Source: an uncultured Clostridia bacterium (GTDB taxonomy: Bacteria; Bacillota; Clostridia; TANB77; CAG-508). From it: a stretch of 64,000 bases of DNA. Below the pieces are notes generated by a model, which was not told the origin of the DNA, made no database searches, and was given only the letters and a program-made list of their open reading frames with translations. This document shows, in pieces, positions 1 through 9,132 of the stretch. Position 1 is the stretch's first letter, and every line of letters starts with the position of its first letter. Location of the stretch: positions 2,638 to 66,637 of the forward strand of contig CAKPKQ010000003.1 in assembly GCA_934167305.1 (NCBI GenBank). Reading direction: 5' to 3'. The translations under genes and the position numbers were made by a program.

Positions 1-463
1 AGTAAAAACAGACTTGGAAAAAACTATAAAAAATAGAGAATTAGAAGAATTCTTTTTTGATATTGTTGTACCTATGGAGGAACAAATAGAAATTAAAGAA
101 GGACAAAGAAAAACAAATCTAAAAAAAGTTTTCCCTGGATATGTTTTAGTAAAAATGATTGTAACAGAAAAAACATGGTATATAGTAAGAAATACTAGAG
201 GTGTTACAGGCTTTGTAGGTTCAGGTACAGATCCTATTCCTTTAACAGATGATGAAATTAGAAAAATGGGATTTGAGCAAGTAGAAGTTAATGTAGATTA
301 TGGTGTTAATGACACAGTTCGTATAATGGATGGTCCATTAACAGATTTTACAGGAACAGTTACAGAAATCAACAAAGAAAAACATAAAGTTAAAGTATTA
401 GTTTCTATGTTTGGAAGGGAAACGCCGGTTGAGTTGGAGTTTTCTCAAGTCCAAAAAATCTAA
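1..463 (+). CDS. nusG: Transcription antitermination factor NusG (5' end outside window)
   Basis: Frame is open from the window edge (..VKTDLEKTIKNRELEEFFFDIVVP). FPGYVLVKM and a KOW-like VRIMDGPLTDFTGTV segment are present. Lies directly upstream of rplK-rplA. Confidence 0.9.
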   Translation, partial: VKTDLEKTIKNRELEEFFFDIVVPMEEQIEIKEGQRKTNLKKVFPGYVLVKMIVTEKTWYIVRNTRGVTGFVGSGTDPIPLTDDEIRKMGFEQVEVNVDYGVNDTVRIMDGPLTDFTGTVTEINKEKHKVKVLVSMFGRETPVELEFSQVQKI

Positions 464-691
464 TTTTAATTTATAACTTCGTATTACTTTGTTAACCATC
501 ACAAAATTTTCTTCAACATACACACGTATAGTTTCAGAAAATTTTGCTCGGTTGCCTCGTACTACTCGTTCTAAATTAAAATTACAATAATTTGTAATTT
601 AGGTTTTGTTTTATAACATAAATAGTGTGCTATAAATCAAAATTTTAGATTAATATACATATTACAAAACAATAAAGGAGGTGCTATAATA

Positions 692-1120
692 ATGGCAGAG
701 AAAGAAGTTAGTAATATTATAAAATTACAAATTCCTGGAGGTAAAGCATCACCAGCTCCACCAGTTGGACCAGCATTAGGTGGTAGTGGTGTTAACATTA
801 TGGACTTTGTAAAGCAATTCAATGACAGAACAGCACAAATGGCAGGAACTGTAATTCCAGTTGTTATAACTGTTTATAAAGATAAATCATTTGAATTTAT
901 TACTAAAGAACCACCAATGGCAGTTTTAATTAAACAAGCTGCAAAAATTGAAAAAGGTTCTGGAAAACCTAATAGAGATAAAGTTGCAAAATTAAATAAA
1001 GCACAAGTTGAAGAAATCGCTAAAAAGAAAATGCCAGACTTAAATGCAGCATCATTAGAAGCAGCAATGAGTATGGTAGCAGGAACTGCTAGATCTATGG
1101 GTGTAGTTGTAGAAGACTAA
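692..1120 (+). CDS. rplK: 50S ribosomal protein L11
   Basis: 142 aa with [10 protein letters not shown] and [10 protein letters not shown] motifs. AAAGGAGG RBS upstream. Canonical nusG-rplK-rplA order. Confidence 0.97.
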   Translation: MAEKEVSNIIKLQIPGGKASPAPPVGPALGGSGVNIMDFVKQFNDRTAQMAGTVIPVVITVYKDKSFEFITKEPPMAVLIKQAAKIEKGSGKPNRDKVAKLNKAQVEEIAKKKMPDLNAASLEAAMSMVAGTARSMGVVVED

Positions 1121-1177
1121 AAAATAAATTGGGAGAAAATTAATTAACAATTTTCGTTTGAACCAAAGGAGGTAAAC

Positions 1178-1861
1178 ATGAAAAAAGGAAAGAGATATCA
1201 AGAAGCTGAAAAGTTAGTTGATAGAAAAAAATTGTATACTGCTAAAGAAGCATTAGATACAATTGAAAAAATGCCAAAAACAAAATTTGATGAAACAGTA
1301 GAATTACACATGAAATTAGGTGTGGATTCAAAACAAGCTGATCAACAAGTAAGAGGAACAACAGTACTTCCAAATGGTACTGGTAAAACTCAAAAAGTAT
1401 TAGTATTTGCTAAGGGACCAAAAGCAGACGAAGCTACAAAAGCTGGAGCTGATTTTGTAGGAGCAGAAGAATTAATACCAAAAATTGAAAAAGAAAACTG
1501 GTTTGATTATGATGTTATAGTTGCAACTCCAGACATGATGGGTGTTGTAGGTAGATTAGGTAAAGTATTAGGACCAAAAGGTTTAATGCCAAACCCTAAA
1601 TCAGGAACAGTAACAATGGATGTAGCAAAAGCAATCCAAGAAATTAAATCAGGAAAAGTTGAATACAGACTTGATAAAAACAATATTGTTCACCTAGGTT
1701 TTGGAAAGGTATCATTTGGAGCAGATAAACTATTAGAAAACTATGAAACAGTTGTAAATGCTATTATAAAAGCAAAACCAGCAGCTGCAAAGGGACAATA
1801 CATTAAAAGTGTAGCTATATCTACTACAATGGGACCAAGTATGTATATTGATCAAAAATAA
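1178..1861 (+). CDS. rplA: 50S ribosomal protein L1
   Basis: 227 aa with [12 protein letters not shown] motif. AAGGAGG RBS. Follows rplK. Confidence 0.97.
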   Translation: MKKGKRYQEAEKLVDRKKLYTAKEALDTIEKMPKTKFDETVELHMKLGVDSKQADQQVRGTTVLPNGTGKTQKVLVFAKGPKADEATKAGADFVGAEELIPKIEKENWFDYDVIVATPDMMGVVGRLGKVLGPKGLMPNPKSGTVTMDVAKAIQEIKSGKVEYRLDKNNIVHLGFGKVSFGADKLLENYETVVNAIIKAKPAAAKGQYIKSVAISTTMGPSMYIDQK

Positions 1862-2023
1862 ATAATATTGCCGAAGAAAGTAAGCATACACTTAAGTCTT
1901 ACCGAGGTAAAGAATGAAACGGAAATATCATCCAATCAATCTTTGTCTTAGTAAGAATAGGCATTATTGATTGGATGTTTTTTAGATTAAATTGCATTCA
2001 TATAAAATTTGGGAGGTGAAAAA
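1862..2023 (+). promoter_or_regulatory. rplJ (L10) leader with attenuator-like hairpin
   Basis: 162-nt untranslated leader before rplJ. Hairpin CATCCAATCAAT (1929-1940) / ATTGATTGGATG (1966-1977) is followed by a T-run (1978-1984). Position matches the L10-L12 autoregulatory leader known in Firmicutes. Confidence 0.55.
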
Positions 2024-2524
2024 ATGGCAAGTGAGAACATTTTAAAACAAAAGGAAGAAGAAGTTAGCAAACTAGCTGAAAAATTAAAAGAAGCAAAAGT
2101 TATTCTTTTAACAGATTACAGAGGAATTAATGTTGCTGATGTAACAAAACTAAGAGCAGATTTAAGAAATACAAATAGTGAATACAAAGTTATTAAAAAC
2201 AACATTATAAAAAGAGCATTAGATGCAAATGGAGAAAGTGGATTAGATGATTTATTAGAAGGACCAACTGCAATTGTAATTGGAACTGAAGATTATTTAG
2301 AACCATCTAAAGTAATATACAATTTCTCAAAAAACAATGAATTCTACAAAATTAAAGGTGGAATTATAGAAGGCAAAGTAATGACAGCTGAAGAAATTAT
2401 AACTTTAGCAAAATTACCATCAAGACAAGAACTTATGGCAAAATTGGCAGGTGCTTTACTTGGCAATATTACAAAATTGGCTGTTGCGCTTGATGCAGTT
2501 AGGGAACAAAAAGCTAACGCCTAA
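2024..2524 (+). CDS. rplJ: 50S ribosomal protein L10
   Basis: L10-like sequence. ATG at 2024 lies just downstream of a GGGAGGTG RBS. The track ORF starts at an upstream TTG (2009) that overlaps that RBS. Confidence 0.95.
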   Translation: MASENILKQKEEEVSKLAEKLKEAKVILLTDYRGINVADVTKLRADLRNTNSEYKVIKNNIIKRALDANGESGLDDLLEGPTAIVIGTEDYLEPSKVIYNFSKNNEFYKIKGGIIEGKVMTAEEIITLAKLPSRQELMAKLAGALLGNITKLAVALDAVREQKANA

Positions 2525-2613
2525 ACAAATTATAAAGTTTAGAATATGATTATTCTAAGTTGATTAAAATAAAAAATTATTAAAAATAAAATAAAGAAGG
2601 AGGTCATTTTAAA

Positions 2614-2979
2614 ATGGCAAAAATTGATGAATTATTAGAAACTATCGACACTTTAACAGTTGTTGAATTAGCAGAATTAGTAAAAGGAATTGAAGAAAAA
2701 TATGGAGTATCTGCAGCAGCAGTTGCAGCACCTGCAGCAGGAGCAACAGCTGGAGCAGCTGAAGAAAAATCTTCATTTAACGTAGTATTAAAAGAAGCTG
2801 GAGCAAACAAAATCCAAGTAATTAAAGTAGTTAGAGATGCTACAGGATTAGGATTAAAAGAAGCTAAAGATTTAGTTGATGGAGCTCCAAAAACAGTTAA
2901 AGAAAACGTAGCTAAAGCAGAAGCTGAAGAATTAAAAGCTAAATTTGAAGAAGTTGGCGCTACAGTAGAATTAGCATAG
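2614..2979 (+). CDS. rplL: 50S ribosomal protein L7/L12
   Basis: 121 aa. Ala-rich hinge [20 protein letters not shown]-terminal domain [19 protein letters not shown]. Confidence 0.97.
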   Translation: MAKIDELLETIDTLTVVELAELVKGIEEKYGVSAAAVAAPAAGATAGAAEEKSSFNVVLKEAGANKIQVIKVVRDATGLGLKEAKDLVDGAPKTVKENVAKAEAEELKAKFEEVGATVELA

Positions 2980-3001
2980 TTTTAAACTAAATAAATAATA
3001 C

Positions 3002-3058
3002 AAGAGTACTAAATTGAAGTGAGTTCTTAAATTATTTCAATCAAAGTGCTCTTTTTTT
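3002..3058 (+). terminator. Putative terminator after rplL
   Basis: AAGAGTACT (3002-3010) pairs with AGTGCTCTT (3045-3053) with one mismatch and an inner ATTGAA/TTCAAT stem. Followed by a T-run. Confidence 0.5.
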
Positions 3059-3297
3059 ATTGTATAGAAAAAATTGGTAATATAATAAGAATAAATAACC
3101 TTAAATAGTAGAAGTAACTATGTGAATATTGTGCTATATTGTATAGATAAAATGTTAAATCAGGTATTTCTCACAAAAACTACTCATTGATTAATAATTT
3201 ATAATTGACTTTAATAAATATAAGTTATAAAATAGAAAAGTAAACATATCAATTATTATGCTTACATAGTAAAAACAAAAGGAGAGTAAATTAAATA

Positions 3298-4335
3298 ATG
3301 GTAATATTATTAGATGCTATGGGTGGAGATAATGCACCAGATGCAACAATAAAAGGAGCTGTAAGAGCTATAAATCAGATTGACGCTGAAATTCTATTAA
3401 TAGGAAATAAAGATATAATAAATAAAAAAGTAAAAGAATTATATAATAAAAATGATATATCAGAAATATCATCTAAACTAAAAATATATCATACTACAGA
3501 AACAATAGAAATGGAGGATACTCCAACAGTTGCAATTAAACACAAAAAAGATTCATCGATGGTTGTAGGTTTTAATCTATTAAAAGAAGGCAAAGGAGAT
3601 GTATTTATCTCAGCAGGTAATTCAGGTGCATTACTTACAGGAGCAACATTATTAGTTGGGAGAATAAAAGGTGTAGATAGACCAGCATTAGCAGGAATTT
3701 TACCAGCATATAAGAGTCGATTAGTTCTAATGGACTGTGGTGCAAATACAAATTGCAAACCAATTAACCTTTTACAGTTTGCTCAAATGGCAAGTATATA
3801 CTTAGAAACAACAATTGGTGTAAAAAATCCAAGAGTAGGGTTATTAAACATTGGAACTGAAGAAACAAAAGGCAATGAATTAATGAAAGAGTCATATAAA
3901 TTATTAAAAGAACAAAGCAAAGATCTTGGAGTTAATTTTATTGGAAATGTTGAAGGAAGAGATGCTTTTTCTGGAAATGTTGATATTGTTGTAACAGATG
4001 GATTTACAGGAAATAATTTTTTAAAAGCAGTTGAGGGATTAGGAAAATTTGTAAAAAGAACATTATCAGAAAGTTTAAAGAAAAATTTATTATCTAAAAT
4101 AGCAGCACTTCCAAGTATGCCAGCAATAAAAAGATTTGCAAAAAGTGTAGATTATAAAGAATATGGTGGGGCTTTATTCTTAGGAGTAAAAAAACCAGTA
4201 GTAAAAGCACATGGAAGTAGTGATGAAAAATCATTTGAATTTACCATAAAACAAGCTGAACAATTTGTAAAAAATCAAGCAGTTGAAAAGCTAAAGGAGC
4301 AATTTACAAAGGAAACAGCTGAAAAAAATAATTAA
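3298..4335 (+). CDS. plsX: Phosphate acyltransferase PlsX
   Basis: 345 aa. N-terminal LLDAMGGDNAP motif typical of PlsX. Followed by acpP. Confidence 0.92.
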   Translation: MVILLDAMGGDNAPDATIKGAVRAINQIDAEILLIGNKDIINKKVKELYNKNDISEISSKLKIYHTTETIEMEDTPTVAIKHKKDSSMVVGFNLLKEGKGDVFISAGNSGALLTGATLLVGRIKGVDRPALAGILPAYKSRLVLMDCGANTNCKPINLLQFAQMASIYLETTIGVKNPRVGLLNIGTEETKGNELMKESYKLLKEQSKDLGVNFIGNVEGRDAFSGNVDIVVTDGFTGNNFLKAVEGLGKFVKRTLSESLKKNLLSKIAALPSMPAIKRFAKSVDYKEYGGALFLGVKKPVVKAHGSSDEKSFEFTIKQAEQFVKNQAVEKLKEQFTKETAEKNN

Positions 4336-4444
4336 AATAATAAAAATAAAATATTTGTTTAAATTGCTTGACAATTATGCTGACTTGTATTATCTTTTAG
4401 ATAAAGAATTTAAGCAGAATAATAAAGGAGGTGGCTAAAGTATC

Positions 4445-4687
4445 ATGAGTTCAGAAGAAGTTTTTGAAAAAGTAAAAGAAACTATTATAGAACAAATAGG
4501 TGTAACAGATACAGCAGTTACTATGGAGGCATCTTTTATTGATGATTTAGGAGCTGATTCATTAGACATAGTTGAATTAATTATGGCATTAGAAGAAGAA
4601 TTTGATATGGAAATTCCAGATGCTGATGCAGAAAAAATAGTTACAGTAGGCGATGTTGTTGAATATATTAAAGAACATGTTGCATAA
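4445..4687 (+). CDS. acpP: Acyl carrier protein
   Basis: 80 aa, acidic. Phosphopantetheine attachment site LGADSLD. AAAGGAGG RBS. Confidence 0.95.
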   Translation: MSSEEVFEKVKETIIEQIGVTDTAVTMEASFIDDLGADSLDIVELIMALEEEFDMEIPDADAEKIVTVGDVVEYIKEHVA

Positions 4688-4705
4688 GAAAAAATATAAG
4701 GAATG

Positions 4706-4733
4706 GTATAGTTATAGACTATACTATTTTTTT
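4706..4733 (+). terminator. Intrinsic terminator after acpP
   Basis: GTATAGT (4706-4712) / ACTATAC (4718-4724) stem followed by a T-run. Confidence 0.7.
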
Positions 4734-4829
4734 GGTTTAAATTTAAATAGAACTATTGAAAAATAACAAAAATTATATTATTATAATTGCATAACAAATC
4801 AAAAGAAAAGTAATAAAGAGGAACTAAAA

Positions 4830-4949
4830 ATGACAAAAGCTAAAAGCATTGCGAGAGTACACACACATATACGTGATTTATTAGAGAATAAACAAGCTAA
4901 GAGATTAGCTTTATTAGTTGAATATAGAAAACAGACTATTAAAACATAG
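4830..4949 (+). CDS. Small ORF, 39 aa (MTKAKSIARVHTHIRDLLENKQAKRLALLVEYRKQTIKT), unknown function
   Basis: Not in the ORF track (too short). AAAGAGGA RBS about 7 nt upstream of the ATG. Own terminator hairpin CAGACTAT (4932-4939) / ATAGTCTG (4946-4953) plus T-run overlaps the stop codon. Confidence 0.35.
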   Translation: MTKAKSIARVHTHIRDLLENKQAKRLALLVEYRKQTIKT

Positions 4950-5036
4950 TCTGTTTTTATTGTGATTAAAGATTCGGAAGGATGGAATAACATAAACAAA
5001 TAGAAAACTACAGGCAAATGAAAAAAGGAGGAAAAA

Positions 5037-6293
5037 ATGAAATTAAAAGAAAAAAATAATAATTTAAAAGAAAATGGTATTACTTTAATAGCATTGATAG
5101 TAACTATTGTAATACTATTAATTTTAACAGGAGTTACACTAAATGCAGTGTTTAGCGATAATGGAATAATAAAAAGAGCACGAGATGCACAAACCAAAAC
5201 AGACCAAGGGGTACAAAAAGATTTGGAGCCAATGGGGGAACTAGAAGATTTAATAAATAAAAATTCAGGGGAAAATAAAGAAGAAAATGCAGTAAAAATT
5301 TCAACATTAGTAGGAACAGTAGTAGACAAAAACACAAAAGCAGTAGATGCATATGGAAACAAAATAACAATACCAAAAGGATTTAAAGTATTACCACACG
5401 GAACAGAAGCAGGTTCAGCAACTTATACTTATAGTGGAGATAATATTCCAGCAGTACAAGATGGAATAGTAATAGAAAATGAAACAGATGGCAACCAATT
5501 TGTATGGGTACCAGTAGGAACAATAAAAAATAAAGACAATACAACAAATACAATAACACTTGGAAGATATAGTGATTTTACGGCCAAAGATGGGATATAT
5601 ATACCCGCACAAAGTGCAGAAGATTATACACAAGAGGTTTTAATAGATACAACATGTAAAGAATTATGTACATTTAGAGAAGGTGGAGACAAAACAGAAG
5701 GCACTTTAACTGTAAAAAATGCAACAGCAAGAGACTTAGAAGCGTTTGTAAAAACAAGTTTAGCAAATGGTGGGTATTATATAGCAAGATTTGAAGCAAG
5801 TGGAACAAGTACAAGGATAGGTTCAAAATATAATCAAACAGTATTAACTTATATAGAACAGACAAATGCAGCAAAAGCAGCAAGAGAAATGTATGGAGAA
5901 GTAAAAGAAAATAATAAATTGATATATGCATCTGATTTAGTAAATAGCTATGCATGGGATACAGCAATAATATTTATACAAACATATTCAACAAATGTAA
6001 GCGCCAATAATTATGCAAATCAAAATAAAGGTGGGGATGGAGTCGAACAGAAAACTGGATTAACGAATGATAAGTATTGTAATATATGGGATATGTCAGG
6101 AAATATTCATGAATGGACTACAGAAACTACAAATAGAGTATCAAATGGGCATTTTGGTATAGCAAGAGGTGGAGACTATGGATTTTATGATAATGAAATT
6201 TTTGGTACAACTAAAGACCGTAGAAACCATAATTTTGTTGATATTGGAAGTAGTAAATATACAGGATTACGTTCGATTTTATATGTAAATTAA
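5037..6293 (+). CDS. Pseudopilin-like N-terminal anchor fused to an FGE-sulfatase/SUMF1-like domain
   Basis: N-terminus KENG|ITLIALIVTIVILLILTGV resembles a prepilin cleavage/methylation segment but lacks Glu+5. C-terminus has GNIHEWTTE, ARGGDYG and TGLRSILYV, which match my memory of FGE-sulfatase domain motifs. AAAGGAGG RBS. Confidence 0.6.
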   Translation: MKLKEKNNNLKENGITLIALIVTIVILLILTGVTLNAVFSDNGIIKRARDAQTKTDQGVQKDLEPMGELEDLINKNSGENKEENAVKISTLVGTVVDKNTKAVDAYGNKITIPKGFKVLPHGTEAGSATYTYSGDNIPAVQDGIVIENETDGNQFVWVPVGTIKNKDNTTNTITLGRYSDFTAKDGIYIPAQSAEDYTQEVLIDTTCKELCTFREGGDKTEGTLTVKNATARDLEAFVKTSLANGGYYIARFEASGTSTRIGSKYNQTVLTYIEQTNAAKAAREMYGEVKENNKLIYASDLVNSYAWDTAIIFIQTYSTNVSANNYANQNKGGDGVEQKTGLTNDKYCNIWDMSGNIHEWTTETTNRVSNGHFGIARGGDYGFYDNEIFGTTKDRRNHNFVDIGSSKYTGLRSILYVN

Positions 6294-6413
6294 TAGAAAT
6301 AAAATATTTATAAAAAAATACCTCCAGTATAATAAAAACATATTGGAAGTATTTTTCATTCTTGCACAAGAAATATATATTATGATATAATTGCCGAAGA
6401 AAGAGGTGGAAGA

Positions 6414-7706
6414 ATGGATAAAATTTTAATTAAAAATGGAAAAGTGTTACTTTTTAGAAATAATGATGTAATAATTGAAGAAAAAGACGTTTTAATAGAA
6501 AATGGAAAAATAATAAAAATTGAAAAAAGCATACAAGATAAGGTTGATAAAGTAATAGATGCAAAAAATCATATAGTTATGCCAGGTTTAATAAACACAC
6601 ATGCTCATATACCAATGAGCATATTTAGAGAGACCACAGAAGGATGTAAGCTATATGAATGGCTAAATGATAAAATTTGGCCAATAGAAGATAAACTAAC
6701 AAGAGATGATATATATTGGGCTAGTATGTTATCATATATTGAAATGATAAGCACAGGAACAACTTGCGTAAATGACCAATATTTTATGCCAGAGCAAATT
6801 AGAGACGCTGCTGTTAATTCAGGAGTAAGAGCAGTTATTACAAGACCAATTGTTGACATGGGAGGAGATTTACAAACTAGAATAGATGAATTTAGAGCAT
6901 TTTATGAGTTAAGAGATGAAAACAATGACTTAATTACATATTCTGTTGCTCCACATGCCTTATATACATGCTCAGATAAAGCTTTAAAGGCTTGTGCAGA
7001 CTTAGCAAAAGAATATAACTTACCAATACATGTACACTTTTTAGAAAGTATTGATGAAATAGAGGACATAAAAAATAAACATGGTAGATCAGCAATCCAA
7101 GTATTAATGGATTATTTTAAAGATGTACACACAATATTAGCACATTGTGTAAAACTAACAGATGAAGACATAGAAATTTTAAAAACAATGGATTGTGGAA
7201 TTGCACATAATCCTGTATCAAATTTAAGATTAGGATGTAAAATAGCTGACACAACTAAATATTTAAAGCAAGGTTTAAACGTTGCACTTGGCACAGATGG
7301 CCAAGGTTCAGGAAGTAATATGGATATGTTTGAGACTATGAGAGTAGCTTGTTTAGCTCAAGGTGGAATACATGAAAATGAAGAAAGAATTACAGCGAAA
7401 GATGCAGTTAAAATGGCAACAATAAATGGAGCTAAATTATTACAATTAGATAACAAAATAGGTAGTATTGAAGTTGGAAAAGATGCAGATATAATATTAG
7501 TAAATATAGAAGAAAAATTGGATAATATTACAATGCTTCCAAATTTAAATGAAATTGCTAATTTGGTGTATAATACATCTGGAAGATGTGTTGATACTAC
7601 AATTGTAAAAGGCAATATATTAATGGAAAATAGAGTTATAAAACATATAGATGTTAATGAAGTTATAAATAAATGTAATGCAATATTGAAGAGACTAAGT
7701 AAATAA
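6414..7706 (+). CDS. Amidohydrolase-family deaminase (MTA/SAH deaminase or chlorohydrolase-like)
   Basis: 430 aa. PGLINTHAHIPMS metal-binding HxH motif. HVHFLES and GTDG motifs consistent with MtaD-type amidohydrolases. Confidence 0.8.
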   Translation: MDKILIKNGKVLLFRNNDVIIEEKDVLIENGKIIKIEKSIQDKVDKVIDAKNHIVMPGLINTHAHIPMSIFRETTEGCKLYEWLNDKIWPIEDKLTRDDIYWASMLSYIEMISTGTTCVNDQYFMPEQIRDAAVNSGVRAVITRPIVDMGGDLQTRIDEFRAFYELRDENNDLITYSVAPHALYTCSDKALKACADLAKEYNLPIHVHFLESIDEIEDIKNKHGRSAIQVLMDYFKDVHTILAHCVKLTDEDIEILKTMDCGIAHNPVSNLRLGCKIADTTKYLKQGLNVALGTDGQGSGSNMDMFETMRVACLAQGGIHENEERITAKDAVKMATINGAKLLQLDNKIGSIEVGKDADIILVNIEEKLDNITMLPNLNEIANLVYNTSGRCVDTTIVKGNILMENRVIKHIDVNEVINKCNAILKRLSK

Positions 7707-7742
7707 TACAAAATACCTGTCAATACCTGGCAGGTATTTTAC

Positions 7743-7771
7743 TTGTAAATTATGTAAAGTTGTGCTATAAT
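7743..7771 (+). promoter_or_regulatory. Sigma-A-type promoter (TTGTAA-17-TGcTATAAT)
   Basis: -35 TTGTAA at 7743-7748. 17-nt spacer. Extended -10 TGCTATAAT at 7763-7771. Homologous to the block at 20054-20088. Confidence 0.55.
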
Positions 7772-7851
7772 AATAACATGCTGGAAAAACCAGTTTCATA
7801 TATGTTTAGCAGTGCTAGACGTAAATAGTAAAACAAATTGGAGGAAAAAAC

Positions 7852-8964
7852 ATGAAATTATTTGCAACAGTTCGGATTGATGAAGAAAAAAATGCAGGTT
7901 ATCTTGTAAGAGCTTTTTTTAAAGCTTACAAAGCAGAAAACATTCTTTGCTTGAGCGGAGATGAAGCATTCATTCGGATTGATCTTGAAAACACAGAGCA
8001 AGAAAAAATTGACTTCCTCGCTGAGGCAATCGCACATTGCAAAATTATTAATCTTCGTCATGGAGAAGTTCCAGCTGACATGCAGAACGAATCTGATGAA
8101 GAAGAAAACGTAATTGAGGAAAGCAAAGAAGTGACAGAGGCCACAGAGAAAACACCAGAACAGAAAGAATTTGAAGAGAAGCTAGTACAAATAGCTACAT
8201 ATAGTTCCTCATACGAGGAATTTAAGGAAAGGCTTTTAGCAGGAATGCAAATGAGCGCTAACCTTAAACGGATTTTTTCTCATTTAGTTGAGGCTGCAGA
8301 AGAGACAAAAGTTATCAGCTGGAAAAATGTGATGAAAAACTATGAAAGAAACTATAGCGAACCAATTAGCTCTCAAAGGTGTAATCTACAGGCAAAAGTA
8401 AAGTCAATTACTGGATTAAATGTGTTAGAGTGCATTTCGGCGGTAGCTAATCATAAAAATGATTGCTATACAGCAGAAAAAAATGTGGATGATGGAAAAT
8501 CTTCAACTGAGCAAATTAGTAATGAAGATGATAGCCAAGTTGTAAATGGACAAACTAAAAATGAAGAATGTTCAGAGGCAAGTCCACAGGACAAAAAAGA
8601 AATGACACAACAGGGAATTGTTAATGAAAAAAGAGAAAATGGAATAGAATCACTTTTAAGTATCATTGACAAAACACAAAGTCTTTCGGAAAGAGTGGAA
8701 GCGGTAATGTCTGAAATGGAGCTTCCAGAGAATCAACCTCAAAAGGTTGAAATTCAAAAAATGGTTGAAAGATTAATTACACAACCTGTAATTGATTTCT
8801 CACAGGAAAATGTGGAAACAAGAATGATTTTTGCTAATATGGTAAATGTTTTTATGAAAAAACATGGAAGAAAAGCATATATCAAAGCAAAAGAATTTTT
8901 GCAAGAACTACAAGCAATAATTTTGACTGATGAAGAATTGGAGCAGTTCAAAATCGAAATCTAA
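7852..8964 (+). CDS. Hypothetical acidic protein, compositional outlier
   Basis: 370-aa ORF with GGAGG RBS. Visibly higher GC and codons (CGG, CTC, TCG, GCG) rare in neighbouring genes. No family recognised. Confidence 0.75.
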   Translation: MKLFATVRIDEEKNAGYLVRAFFKAYKAENILCLSGDEAFIRIDLENTEQEKIDFLAEAIAHCKIINLRHGEVPADMQNESDEEENVIEESKEVTEATEKTPEQKEFEEKLVQIATYSSSYEEFKERLLAGMQMSANLKRIFSHLVEAAEETKVISWKNVMKNYERNYSEPISSQRCNLQAKVKSITGLNVLECISAVANHKNDCYTAEKNVDDGKSSTEQISNEDDSQVVNGQTKNEECSEASPQDKKEMTQQGIVNEKRENGIESLLSIIDKTQSLSERVEAVMSEMELPENQPQKVEIQKMVERLITQPVIDFSQENVETRMIFANMVNVFMKKHGRKAYIKAKEFLQELQAIILTDEELEQFKIEI

Positions 8965-8976
8965 TTTGAGGTACTA

Positions 8977-9012
8977 GCCCCACTAGAATTTCTAGTGGGG
9001 CTTATTTTTTTT
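8977..9012 (+). terminator. Strong intrinsic terminator
   Basis: GCCCCACTAG (8977-8986) / CTAGTGGGGC (8992-9001) perfect 10-bp stem with a 5-nt loop and a T-run. Confidence 0.85.
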
Positions 9013-9132
9013 CATTAAGAAAAAAACTTAAAACTATTGGAAAATCAATAAATATATGATATAATTACAACGTAAATTTTAACAAAAGATATTAGCTAAA
9101 ATTATAGTATAAAGAAAAAGGATTGAATTTTT

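Noticed and set aside
463-691. Long imperfect hairpin (CACAAAATTTTCT / AGAAAATTTTG) in the nusG-rplK spacer as a novel element
   Set aside because: A structured leader upstream of rplK-rplA is expected (the L1 autoregulatory region). Nothing here distinguishes it from that.
637-822. Antisense and alternative-frame ORFs in the track. Examples: 637-822, 2604-2810, 3489-3758, 4799-5362, 5152-5376, 5415-5633, 5674-5967, 6605-6859, 7358-7723, 10292-10582, 10646-11017, 11149-11526, 11842-12129, 11954-12160, 12074-12715, 14446-14718, 16516-16857, 18094-18585, 19687-20127, 21398-21661, 28255-28548, 33265-33723, 35691-36179, 50414-50794, 50795-51133, 60726-60956.
   Set aside because: Each lies opposite to, or out of frame within, a gene with clear family motifs. 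Translations are low-complexity (Leu/Phe/Ile/Ser-rich), as expected for the antisense of AT-rich coding DNA. No RBS was seen.
1867-1880. 14-nt exact repeat ATTGCCGAAGAAAG (also at 6392-6405)
   Set aside because: By rough estimate, several exact 14-mer coincidences are expected by chance in 64 kb of AT-biased sequence. The flanks show no similarity.
8981-8995. CACTAGAATTTCTAG shared with 20635-20649 as a cassette boundary
   Set aside because: A single 15-mer match is near chance level. It is kept only as a supporting remark under the promoter-block finding.
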